Shown piece by piece: positions 1 through 11,900 of a DNA stretch of 64,000 bases. Made by a program: the position numbers and the translations under genes. The stretch's first letter is position 1. Every line of letters begins with the position of its first letter. This DNA comes from Bilabrum cf. latius. Taxonomy: Eukaryota. The stretch covers positions 124,001 to 188,000 of the forward strand of contig OZ237755.1 of NCBI GenBank assembly GCA_965178125.1, read 5' to 3'. Under the pieces are notes generated by a model, which searched no databases, was not told where the DNA came from, and was given only the letters and a program-made list of their open reading frames with translations.

Positions 1-1912
1 GAGGAGACATGGTGCGGCAGGACAGGCCAGCGATGGACCGGGCACTAGCCCGCGGGACGGTGCCGGGTAGGATAGTCCCCGCGACCAGGTGCTGGGGGTG
101 CTCATGGCAGTCAACCGGCGGCGGCAGCTGCAGGCAGCCCTCGGTGCAGGGAGCAGCGCGGCCAAAAAGGGCGCACAGGCACTCGGGCACGAAGGCTTCA
201 GCCCCCTCGACGTTGTGCTGCTGGGCATCCTGAGCACACAGGCAGCCGCCATCATCCAGAGGGCCAGGCGTGAGGCCCGCGACAAGGCCAGGAAGCAGGC
301 GAGAGACGCAGTGCTGCACATGATCCCGAGGTTGGACCGCCCTCTGAGGCCGCTCGTGGAGGCGCTGGGGCTGCGGGCGCGACTGTAGCAGGCCGCGTGC
401 ATGGGAGAGGCTACCGCGGAGACTGAAGGGGGCACTCTTGCGGACAGTGGGTCAGGGAACAAGATGCAGGCATGGCCAGGGCACAGGGTGGGTGTGTTGT
501 CCCACAGACCGCCCCCGTTCGTGTCAGACGAGCACGAGGCCATGCAGTCGCTGCTGTCCAAGGCGCTGGAGGCGCCGCAGGCTGGGTAGGAAGGCAGCGG
601 GTCCGGCAAAGAGCCAGAGCCCGGCGAGGAGAAAGTGGGCACCTCCCTTGCACTCGTCACACGATCAGGGGCAGTCATCACCCGCATGCCCCTCCGGCTC
701 GCGCCCCGGATGATGGTCCCCGTCGCCTCCCGCGTGATGCCGCTGGACCCGTGGCTCCTTCCAGACGGTGTGGACCCCGCGCTAGCGTGGGCGGAGCAGA
801 CGCAACAGGCTGCTGCGGCGCTTGTTGGCTCTGCGGGCGCCCGTCTGTTTGTGCTAGCCGAGAGCACGGGCCGGCATGGGGGCGACCTGGGCTAGTCTCT
901 GCACGAGGCCAGGGGCTCTCAGCTGCACGCGGGCGGCGCAAAGGGAACGGGCGCACGGCGGCCCCTGGGGTCTCCTCTGCAACCGCAAGATAAGCCGTCG
1001 GGCGGGCGCGACGGGTGGACCTCTCCCTATGCCAAGGGGAAGGGACAGGGCTAGGGACAGGGCTAGGGACAGGGCGGGTCCGGGCCCCAGCAGCAGGAAG
1101 GTGGCGCAGGCTGGTCGCAAGGCAAGTCATCTGCCTTCACCGGTTAGTCACTCGGTGGCTTGGGCAGCGGGGCCACCGATGGTACCCAGGGTGGCAGCAC
1201 GTCGACCCACCCAACCGGACCATGGTCCCCTGGTGTGGGGATGTTCTGGTTCAGCAGTCTCGACAGAGACGCACAAGCCTCCTACACGAGGCAATCCGCC
1301 AGCGATGCCGCTGCCGCGCCCGATCCGGACTCGCTGCGTGCCGGGCGGGTGGTGAAGCTGATGAGTGCGATGGAGACGGGGGCAAGCGGTACGCCCACCA
1401 CGCCTGAGCAGCGGCGGCGGCGCGCCATGCAGGAGGCCATGGAGGCGCGATGGGTAGAGGCGAGGCCGCGCGGGGATCGCTGCTGGGCGCCTAGGCACTC
1501 CGTTGACTCGATCGCTGGGAGGGCAGCGTCCCGCACCGGAGAGGACCTGAGCCCGCCACCCATGACTCCCGAGCTGGCCAAGCTGGGCGACCCTGTTGGC
1601 CTGGTGGATATCCTGCACCCGCCCGAGGGCACGGTGTCGGACCGAGGGGGCAGAGGGCCTCAGCTTATCCAGCCGCGGCCCTCGGCCTCCCCATGGCACA
1701 ACCCACGAATCGACCTCGACTGCGTGACCCCGCTCGCGGTAGTGCCATGCATGGACAGCAGGGGCAGGTGCACGGCGGTGCTGGAAGTGCCGCTGCTGAC
1801 GCCCACCGAGGGTGCTCTGGAGGCCCTGGCTCTCTTTGCTCGTGTCATCGGTTCCTAGGCAGCTGCCGTGCAAGGACTCGACCTCTGTGCCAGGGCATTC
1901 AGGGGTGTGTAA
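1..1912 (+). CDS. 3' part of an uncharacterised protein (5' end outside window), read with TAG=Gln
   Basis: ORFs 89-388, 401-589, 635-895 and 1160-1858 share one frame and are separated only by TAG (68, 386, 587, 893, 1052, 1064, 1145, 1856). The first TAA/TGA is TAA at 1910-1912. No domain recognised. Confidence 0.7.
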
Positions 1913-2015
1913 ATGCAGGCAGGGCGAGAGGCCGCGTTACCATGGATGGCATTTACAGTGTGACTTAGGTTTAAATTCCAATACAAATCCGTCTATCTGA
2001 TCCGTTTAACAAGAC

Positions 2016-5000
2016 TCAATCAGCGACCATGTCGTCAGTCTGTGCCACGTTCTAAGGCGTAAGGAGGCTGTTCGCCGCAATGCCAAGATGCCCACGTTGA
2101 GCCGGCCCCGGCTCCAACACGGTCGTCGTCACTCGCAGCATGCACGCGGGGATGCCTCTCCGCGCCAGCTGACAGAGCCACGCATTCTAATTCGGCCGCA
2201 GCATGTCGCTGGCCCCTTTCACTTCTATCAGCCACACGTCCGACGGGCCACCACCCTACTAGCTAGCCCCGCCCGTCCCATGCTCGGCCCGCTCGCATGG
2301 CAGCTCCCGCGGGAAGGCCACCAGGTCTGGGAGCCCGTTTCCAAGGGTAGACATGTCGGACATCATGTGCGCCAGCAGCATCACGAGTCGTCTGCCGCCA
2401 AGGCCCGCCCCTACTCGCGCCAGGTCGCCAGAGGATACAATCCCCCACGCCAGACCGGGGCCCGTGTACCACCGCAGCCGATCGGCCTCCTATCGAATCC
2501 ACCTGAACAGCTCTCCCTGTGGCATATTCGCCAGCATGTGCAGCCGCTCAACGATCTTTAATTGCGCCGCCCCCTCCATGCAATTGCACGTGTCCCAGGA
2601 GAGCGGTAGCGCCTGGAGGTCTGTGAGCCAGTGGCTGTTCTCCCGATTCGGAAACAGCGCAGCGCTCTACACAGCAACAAAGGCCATGAGCCGCCACAGC
2701 AAATTCTCGCTGTGGAGCACCTTGTACCCCGTGCCAGCGGCTGCCGGCCTGGCAGCAGCAGCCTAAGCTCTCGAGGAAGCAGGGCCACGCTCCCGTACTA
2801 CCCACCAGTCCAGCCCAAGTCGCACGCACTGCTCGGTGTGCGGGCCCGTTACTTCCCCGAACAAATCATCCGGAGACACCACCAGCTCCAGAACCTGCGC
2901 TGCCACCTCCTCGACGCTCGCGGGCCCGTGTTGCCCAGGGTATCTCTGCCTGGCCAGCTGGCCTGCGCGGTACACTGGCTGCCGCGGCGGACTGACGAGG
3001 TGGCCAGCAGTCGCGGCAGCAGCGGTGCTTGCTGCACCAGAAGCAGATGATGCTGCCGCTGGATCAGTGGGGGATACGACGTGCACAGTCGTTCCCTGTC
3101 TGTCCCGATCTCGGTCTCCGCTCCGACTCTCCCACCCGGGCCTAACCCCGATATCAATGCGTGCGTCCCTGACTTTGTCCCAAGCACGCAAGCCCTCCGT
3201 CTGGTGCTTGGGCACGTGCTTGTTGAGAGCCAGCGTGCTGCTGCTCATGCAAGCAGACTGCGGTGAGTTGAGCGACGAGCTGGTCTCTCCGAGCCCCGCC
3301 ACAGACCCCCCTCGCCGCTTCTTCTATGGCGATGCATGCTCCTTTGCAATCACTTTCTGCATGGCCCTGGTCACGCTCACGAACGGATGCTCCATGCCGA
3401 GCAGGCTGGCCAGCCTCCATGGCACGAGCGCCTGCCCGGCAGCAGAGCTGCACAGGGCAGAGCCGTGCACGCATCGCCTCCCCATCCACGGCACGTCTCC
3501 GGGCAGGTTACCATGGAACAGCTCCTCTTCCTAACCGGGTTCCTTGCTCGCAATCACGGACCGGTAGTACTCGCGCTCCATCCTGGCGAATGCCGGGCTC
3601 TCCAGCATGGGCCCAAACCCCCCGGGCCACTGTCGATTTCCGCCCGCTCCCCTTGCCCTCCTCCGCTTGGGCCCTCCCCTCTCCCTTGACTCGTGCCTGG
3701 CATGCACCTCGGCCAAGTCCAGGAGAGACGATCGGGCTAGAGTGCCCGCCCCCGCACGGACGGTCTGTACCTGCATGCGATCCGCTTGCCTCGCGGACAG
3801 AAACCGGCCTTCCTACGCGCCGCCCCGTCCGCCTTTCGCGCGCGCTGCGAACCAGTGCAAAGCGAATGCCCGCCATGCCTCGGCTCGGTACGTATCTGGC
3901 CCTTCCCCCACGTCGTGTTTCTCGAATGCATGGGCCACAGCAATGCAGACGCGAAGCAGCGCGGTGGCTGTGCCCGCGGCCGCCTGCACGCACTCCGCCT
4001 GTTGTTCCGCAAGGTCGAGACCGTCCAGCCTCGGCACCAGCACGGCGACTGCATGCGGCTCGAAAGGCAGGCCCGGCCAGAACGCCAGTTCCTGTGCAGT
4101 TCGCACTGCCGAGTCGCTGCTGCTGTTGCTGTTGCTGCTCCCTGGGCTGGCGTGGACCGTGGAGGCCGGGGATGGCGGTCCCGCGGCACGTCCTACCCCG
4201 CGATGGGGAGGCGAGGAGCCCTCCCCCTGTGGGCCTGGGTCCCCTGGCACTGTTGGGTCTTTCCCATTCGACAATGGGGCTGCTGAAGGCGGTCGGGTGC
4301 TGGGGCTGGTATGCTGCGCTGTCAGTGCTGTATCCATCGCTTTGCTCCAGACCTCGTATGGCTCATCCTGCTGCAGGCACACGCTGGACGTGCGGGTGCT
4401 GGCCCTGTACAATGGGGACAGCAGCACTTTTACACTTTGGCCTGCGCCGCTAAATGCCGTGCCTCGTTTGTCTCTACCCCCACTGGTCGTCGAGTCTATC
4501 AAGAATCCATACCTATGCAGCAACGCGCGCCCCAGCCCAACGAACCGCGTGGGCCTCTCGGTGCTGTCCACCAGGGCACCCGCCAGCTCCTGCAGCCGAG
4601 CCATGGCCTCCGCACGGGATCGCTTGGACACTCGCTGCTGCCGTCTGCCTCCTCCCGCCGTGGCACAGGCCCCGAGGTACTCTGCCTGTCTCGCGAGCAC
4701 CAGTGCGTCCTGGGCGGCGAGGAGGGCCGCCCGGTTGGGGAACACGGAGCGGGCCCGCATTGGGGTGGGGGGAGGGGAATGTCCACTGCCAGTGGAAGGG
4801 TGTGGGCGGCTTGGGGGAGCACGGGAGGAAGCTGGTAGGGCCGCTGAGGACTCGCTCGGCTCGTCCCCTACTGCTGGTGGACGAGGCACCGAGGGGGGAA
4901 AGATGCCTGCGGATCTGCACTCCAAATCGGCCATGGGCTGGTGCAAGCACGCGGGGCACGGGCGCTATCCGAGTGCAAGCGCAGCGCATCGCTCCAGGAG

Positions 5001-5972
5001 CCTCATGCAGGGCTAGAACACGACCCGGAGCCGATCGGGCCCGCGCATTCGCTTGAAGCGGAGCAGCTGCTCGCCAAGCAGTGAGCGAGCAGCAGCTGGC
5101 CCGCTTGTTCCACTGTCGTCCCCGCTGACGGCACGTGAGGCCGCGCCAGATCTCGCAGGATGCATGCGTGTCAACCTTTTTGATCCGATGGACTCCGAAT
5201 TGTCAGAATCCTGCAGCAGAGCCAGCACTGCAGCGCCTGTCGGGCTCACGGCTCCCAGCGAGGCGAGGTGGGACAGCCACGCAGGCACCTGCTGCCGACC
5301 TGCCACGGAGAAGATGCGCCGTTGTGCACCTGCTTGAGTGTCGTGGCCATGGGCTGTTGTCGTATACTAGGGCTCTGTCTCGTCCGAGTCGCTCAGCTCA
5401 TCATCTCTATGCTCTGCTTCGGAATTGGCTGCATGCACAGTGAGTGCCGACCGCTCGCCTGGAGCAAATAGCCATGGCCACTCAACCGCACACAGGGCAT
5501 TAGGTATGAATGATCTCTACCCCTCGCTCTGCGGGTATGCTCCAGAGGCCCTATGCAAGTGAGAGCTGAATGCAACTGCAACCGCTTTGTGGCACGAGTG
5601 CTGCTTCGATTGCACGATAGCAACCAACAAGTCTCGCTCGTCCCTTGCGAGGAGTTTTCGAAGATCAGATGCAAGGCACAACGGCAGCACCTGGTCAACC
5701 AGCGATGGCACGTGGCTGCTGCGTGCTGAACTAGGGTTAGCGCTGAATCCTGACAGCAGTACGCGAGAGAGAAGCGCCCTCCGGCCAGCTCTGCAGGCAA
5801 AATCCCGCTTAATGACAAGTCTAAGGCGTTTTTGGTCTATTATTGCTAGCCCCAGATTGTCCGGCCGACAGCCTAGAGCAACATGCTTGAGACCATCATC
5901 GATTTTTTGGTTGGCGTTCAAAAAACCCTGGGCACATGCCTCAAGCGTAATTTCCTCTGGTTCGGCATGCAT
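2016..5972 (-). CDS. FAN1: FAN1-like structure-specific nuclease with C-terminal VRR-NUC domain (~1,318 aa, TAG=Gln)
   Basis: ORFs 5517-5972, 5013-5306, 3813-4946, 3531-3776 and 2763-3302 are co-frame and split only by TAG. The C-terminus reads GNGLPDLVAF...WLIEVKGASDMLRPN(TAG)NAWLCQLARRG, the PD-(D/E)xK VRR-NUC signature. Ends TGA at 2016-2018. The start codon is uncertain. Confidence 0.75.
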
Positions 5973-6177
5973 GTTGCCTTAGTTCGTCTGCGCTCCACAC
6001 TAACTACCACTACAGTAAAGTGTCATCGCGCAATACGGGTCATTAAGCGGCTCGACTTCGTGCTGGTTGTGGTTGAAGTTCGCATGCCGCGCCATCATGG
6101 ATCGGCGATCCCGGTTCCGGTTGGCAGCTAAACCAAAAGCAATCGTACATAGAAGCGCCCGACTCATTTTCAATTGA

Positions 6178-7833
6178 TCAATCGCTCGGCAGCGCATACC
6201 CCAGCACGACAAACATGGCTATCCCGATTGACAGCGCAAGCCACCTCGCTTTCGGGTCACCTCGCCTGCTGGCCCCGCCTCCTTCTTCCCCGCCCCCGCT
6301 GCCAGGCCCATCCACCTGCAGCTCTTCCCTCAGGATCTCCACCACTGCCACGTACACGAAAGTCCCCTGCGCAAGCCCCGTGGACACGAGGTCCACCCAG
6401 GGGCTCTGCAGCCCCGCCTTGAGCACGATCCCCAGCAGGATGCCCACCGGGGTCATGGCCGCGAACACGAGCACCAGCCTGGCACCCGCGCCGTACCCCA
6501 CCGCGTTGGCCCTCAAGCTGGTGCCCATGGCGAAGGCAGCGAAGCCCTTGTGAGCGGAGACAGCCATCCCGATGGCCACCGCCGCCGCCACCTCTGTCTG
6601 CACCCCGATGCCCACCCCCTCCAGCAGGCTGTGCACCGACAGGGATAGCACCAGCACCAGCGCCGTCCCGAGCCCACCCTGCCCTGTGGCCAGCGCGGCC
6701 GCTGCCGCCCCGTGGCTATGCCCATGACCCCCGGCCTGGGGGGGAGAGGACAGCCCCTGCATCGCCTGCAAGTGCACGTGCCCGTCACCCACGGGGCTAC
6801 CCATTTCGCGCTGGGGAAAATCTCCGGCAGCGGATGGATCCACCACAACCAGAGGGTCCTGGGACCCCCTTCTGGAGCCCTGCATCAAGGGCAGGCTGTC
6901 CTGGCTGTCCTATCGACCGCTGCCAGAGTGCGGGGGGGTGCCGCCTTGCTTGTCGCCTTGCTTGTCGCCTTGCTCGTCGCTGCTTCTGCTGCTGCTGCTG
7001 CCCTAGTCGTCTGTTTCACTGCCGTGACCCGCACCATCCTCATGCCCGTCGGAGGAGTCGGACAGCTCGATCATGGCCGGCTAAGATGCATCGCTGGACT
7101 TGTGTCGGGCCTGAGCTGTGTGCACTGCAACAATGGCGGCGCCAGCCCCTCCCCCTCCTAGTCCTACTCCCCCGTTCCCCGACCTCGATTGAATGCCACT
7201 ATGCAATCTCGACGGTGTTGACCTGCCTGACTTTGGTCCACCGTGCGACTCACCGCCCTCCATCGAGCCCCCGCTGCCCCTGCTACCAGTAACCTGGCGA
7301 CCTGCCTCCCCTACCGGTGCACCCACCGCCACCTCGGACCCACAGGCGGTCATTCCATCCAGCGCAAATGGCAGCAGCAGCCCCAGCAGAGGGAACAAGA
7401 AGGGGAGCGGCTGGTCCTCAATCCCCAGGGCCAGTGCGCTCCGGACCACGTCCGGGAGGAAGTGCGCGTATCCTGCCGAGAGCAAGACACCTCCCGCGAA
7501 GCAGTTGGCCAGGCTGATCCAAGCTGGATCCACGAGCGGGGCCTGCTCATGCTACAGGGCGTCGACAGTGCCTTCGTTCCTACTTTCGGACGAACGGCGA
7601 TCTTCCCGTTCATCTTGCAGGTGCTGAAACCTCCCACGGGAGCTGGCATGCTGCGCACCCGTCTTTTCTCTGCCGCAGCCGCAACAAGGTGTCTAACAAA
7701 CGGGCTCTCCCGCCAGCCAGTACGGCAACAGGCCACCAACGGCCCCCAGCACCAAAGTCAGAATCGCGCACAAGCACGCTACAACGATCGCTGCAACCGA
7801 CTGGTGTTCATCGTTTCCATTTTGTGCCAGCAT
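6178..7833 (-). CDS. ZIP-family zinc/iron permease (~551 aa, TAG=Gln)
   Basis: ORFs 7693-7911 (TM1, VLGAVGGLLP), 7081-7533 (ANCFAGGVLLSAGYAHFLPD) and 6178-6888 (HGHSHG loop, LSVHSLLEGVGIG, AHKGFAAF, GTFVYVA) are co-frame, with 5 TAGs in the joined frame. TGA stop. Start taken at ATG 7831-7833. Confidence 0.9.
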
Positions 7834-8103
7834 CCGATCATACCGTGACAAGTGGCCCGCATCAATTGCTTCGTTACACCCGAAGCACGATTCCATCCGA
7901 ATCAAAATCAATGTTTACTGAGCTACAGCTGTGCGGTACTGGGGCGCAAGTCAGGCGATTCAGAACGGCATCAATAATAGGCAAGCGATCCTACAATTTA
8001 AGCCTTTCCACTGCGAAATTGTGCTATTTGTGCTCTGTGCAGCACAATGACCTCGTCACGGACCGCTGCCGGTTGCGCCACTCGTCACTGCAACGCACCG
8101 TTC

Positions 8104-8373
8104 TTAGTCAACCTTTTTCTGCCTTCTGCCTGTTTCCTAGACCTAAATTGCCTTAATCAATAATCTAGTTTTGTTCTATTTGGCCACTATTTTGTCAATA
8201 TCCGCTTGGAACCACATGTACAGTCCAACAATCGCTGCTGTGCAGCACAAGAACACGCAGGACAGCGCAACAACCATTTCAATCTCCGTTTTAGTGGTTT
8301 CATCTGACCCAGCAGCAAGATTCGAAATGATGTAATTGTATATGAGAGCTATGGCATCCTGTAGAGATTCCAT
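8104..8373 (-). CDS. small single-pass membrane protein (~89 aa, TAG=Gln)
   Basis: ATG-initiated ORF with a hydrophobic segment (MVVALSCVFLCCTAAIVGLYMWF). Reading through TAGs at 8176, 8143 and 8137 adds a basic tail ending ...RRQKKVD before TAA at 8104-8106. Confidence 0.55.
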
Positions 8374-8962
8374 GGTCTCAGTTGTGCGTCGCCAGAGGCT
8401 ATGTGCGCTGCTATTTCGGAAAGTACACGTTACTTTGCGTCACCCAGTGTGACCCAGAGATCTTGTGGCCTGCGCCACAGGCACTCGCATTTGCACGGGC
8501 TGGCTGCGCCAATGACGTGCCGGCCCAAGGTGCGGGTTGCGATGAGCCCCGGCTCCTTCACGGCCTCCGGCACACGATGGCACCCCCTTTGGATAGCGGC
8601 CGCTGCCACTGACAGCGGCCAACGCTGTGGCCCCAACGACACTCGGTTGCATGCTAGTGGGACCGGACGAGATACGGCGCGAAGAAGCTGCCTTTGTTAC
8701 GACTAGGTAGTGCCTTTGCAAACCGGACCCTGTGACAGTCGGGGTGGGCGCCCGCACCTACCCGATCGGGGATCGGGGTGAGCACGGTATGACGGACCCC
8801 ATTCATAATGAGGCCAAGCATGAAGCGTGAGGCCGAATGTCTCGGGGTGACGCCGCGCTGTCCGGCCCATGGTTTCACCGAGTTGCACTGCCTTGCCAGT
8901 GCTGCACCTTGGCGAAAATCCTTGCTTTGCCCGACACAACTGTTCCCTCAAACGCCAGCCAG

Positions 8963-11900
8963 ATGGCTTCAGCGCTTGTTTGGGGAGTTGGAGGGTGGTT
9001 TCATGGCACTATGGATGCCTCTGTCAACAGCGCCACCCTGTCTGGGGCACTGGACGTGGTTGCAGTTCGGCATGCCGATGGCAGCATTCGATGCACCCCG
9101 TTTCATGCCCGTTTCGGTAGGCTGCAGGTGAGATTGCTATTGAACTTGCCTTGCGGTTACTGCGCCACCCAATGCTACCCATCTCTGTCGGCGCGGTCGA
9201 ATCGGAGAAGAGGATCGGCTCCGATACTTTCTTTGGCATTTCGTGCGACCACCGCAGGCGTACTACATAAACCAGCAGAGTGTCGATTTAATCGTGAATT
9301 CTAAGTCGGTGCCATTTGATCTAGTGGTGAGTGGCTTCTTCCCTTAAGAACAATTCATCCGGCTGGCGTCCCAGCTATTGGCTCGTGCCAAACCTGCCCC
9401 CCTCGCTTAAATTTCTTTGCAGCTTGGAGACGATGGCGTTGTATTCTTTCGCAACCGAGTGTTCCACCGGCCCGACGCACTGCTGGCTGCTGCCGCGGGC
9501 AGGAAAGCTCGCAACGACGCCGGTAGTACGGACGGAGCCGACGCTTCCGACACTGCATCCCTTTCCTCTGCAGATGCGCATTCTGTGGCCACCGCCCCAG
9601 GCATGTTTGCTCGGGGCTCCGTTGGTGCCAGCCGCTCCTTGCGCTCCGGGCGCTCCTCCGAAGCATCGAGGCGCGCGCGAGCAGGCCGTGTAGGGGCCCA
9701 GCGCGGCCCCCCCCACCGTGGGGACGCCCCCCCCCAGGGAGAGCAGCGCTCCCAGTCCCTGAGCACGCGCCACGGCGAGCTGCCCCAGGCCCTCCTGAGC
9801 CCGGGCTCCTCCCCTCAGCCAGCGCACGCCGACTCGGTGCCGGTGCCTGCCATGGCGGGCATGCCCTGCGCCCAGGCTCGGGGGCGAGACGGCCTCGAGT
9901 CTCCCGCGCGACTGGTCAGCGGGCCCGTCCCCTCCCTGGGAAAGGCAGAGGGTGCAGTGCACGGCGCTGCAGATCGGCCCCCGCTGGCCGGCCTCACGCA
10001 CGGCGGGTCCCACCTCCACGCTGCATCGGCGGCGCAGCGACAGGCCCTCCGCTCCTCTCTGGCGGCTCGCCGAGACGTGGAGGCGCGTTTGATGAGCGCT
10101 CGGCGCGCCCTGAGTCTCGAGGCGGGGCTTGGGGGCGGTCTGAGCGACGGGGAGGCCGAGACGTCCAGGCGGAGGCAGGAGCGGCGGAGGGCGGGACGGG
10201 AGGGCAGGGCCGGGGCAGGGGGCAGAAGGAGGAGGAGAAGAAGGAGACAAGCGGCCGGGAGAGCCGCGGATCCCTCGAGCGGGGCAGGCGCGGGTGCTGG
10301 TGTGGGTGAAGGAGGTGGGACTCTTGGCTTGTGTGCTGGCGGTCGCAGCCACGGAGCCGTCACCCCTGAAGGGGCAGAGGCAGAGGCAGAGGCAGAGGCT
10401 CGCGCGCGGCTGGGGGACGACGCAGGGACCTACCGGGGGCATGCGCCGTCCGGAGCCGTCACAGCCGACCGAAGTGCTCTGGGTGCTCGCGCCTCGGTCG
10501 GCGGGGGCGGGGGTACGACTCTTGGCGGAAACACAGCGGGTGCCCACGGCTCGCCCCACTCAATCCCGGCCCATGCGACGCACGGCTCGGCCCAGACGGC
10601 AGGCATGGCCAGCAGCGCCGTGCTGGGAAACACGAGGCCGGAGGGGGGTCCCTCTGGCCTGCACCAGCGGGTGCCACTGCACCGCGTTCCCTCGGGCTCC
10701 TACGCGGATGGTGACGAGGAGGGCGCTGCGTTCCTGTCCTCGCTGGATGTGGCCGCGCTGGAGGCGGTGGCGGCAGCGGGTCTGGGCAGCGCTGCCATGG
10801 AGGCGGCCGCTGAGGAGGGCGTGCTTCTGGATGGGCCCGCGGGCAGGCGTCCTTCCGTGACTCTTGGAAGGGGGACCTGGCGGGGGACGAGGCTCCGGCG
10901 GCACTCCACGGGTACTCCTGCGGCGGTGAGTTCGCTGGCCCTCGAGGCGCTCGCCCGGGAGGGAAGGGACAGGTGTTCCATTGGGGCGAGGCGGGCTGCG
11001 ATGATGAGGCGGATGGCCAAGCAGCGGAGGGGCAGAGGAGGGAGAGGGGGAGGGAGAGGGGGCAGCGCGCAGGGCAGACGACGGCAGGGAGCCGTGCTGG
11101 CTGGCGCAGTGTGCCTGGGTAATTTCTACGAAGGCTCGGGCGAGGGCGATGAGGGCGAGGTGCCGGGTGGCAGCAGCAGTCCTGTGATGGGAGTCACTGG
11201 GGAGCTGTCGGGTCGGTCTATCTCGCACAATACGGCCCTGCCAAGGGTATTTCCTGGCGGTGGCAGCTCAACTGCAGGCAGCCAAGCAGCCGCCAACGGG
11301 AACCCTGACATCCCCACCCGCGATGTGGGCCAGTGGGTGGGCAGCCACGCAGTGCGCGACCTGCAGGTGGAGGTGCTGCCCGCGCCCCCGGAGGACGGCC
11401 GCCGTGGGAGCGCGAGCGGCGATCCCCTGCCCGATGGGCTCTCTCGCGGTGCCGAGGGCGGGCCGGGCGTACGGGGCAGCGAGGGGGGGGGCGGCAGCAG
11501 CGGGGTGGCGGATCTGCTTCGGCTCGAGGCTCTGGCCCAGCTGAGCGACGACGGGACGTGCCTGTCCCTTCTCCGGGAGAACGAGGTGCTGGTTGTGCCC
11601 CGCGTGCCACTGCCGCAGCGGGCAGGGGGGGAGGAGCCCGTGGGCGTTGGTGAGGCATCGATCGGAGACCTGTGCGCGGGTCTTGGTCACGTGCTAGAGG
11701 CGGCCCACAGGTCCAGCGGGGGCCAGGGTGCTCTGGCGGCGAAGGAGCAGGCGGAGCAGGAGCAGGCGCTGGCCAAGGGGTGCCTCCGGCTGTCGGACTC
11801 GGCCTCCCTGACCAAGGAACGCGCGGGGCTCTCGCCCATGGGCGTCATGCAGGGCCGGACCAAGATCATAGGGGCGGTGGCGAGTCTCTGCGGGCCTGCT

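Noticed and set aside
3326-5056. Long antisense or alternative-frame ORFs (e.g. 3607-5016 +, and similarly 9375-10559 -, 59380-60639 +)
   Set aside because: These are shadow ORFs expected in high-GC coding DNA. They show no motifs and overlap better-supported genes.
8739-8766. Imperfect hairpin upstream of lipin, possible ncRNA
   Set aside because: Short and imperfect in GC-rich DNA. No tRNA, snRNA, SRP or RNase P/MRP motifs recognised.
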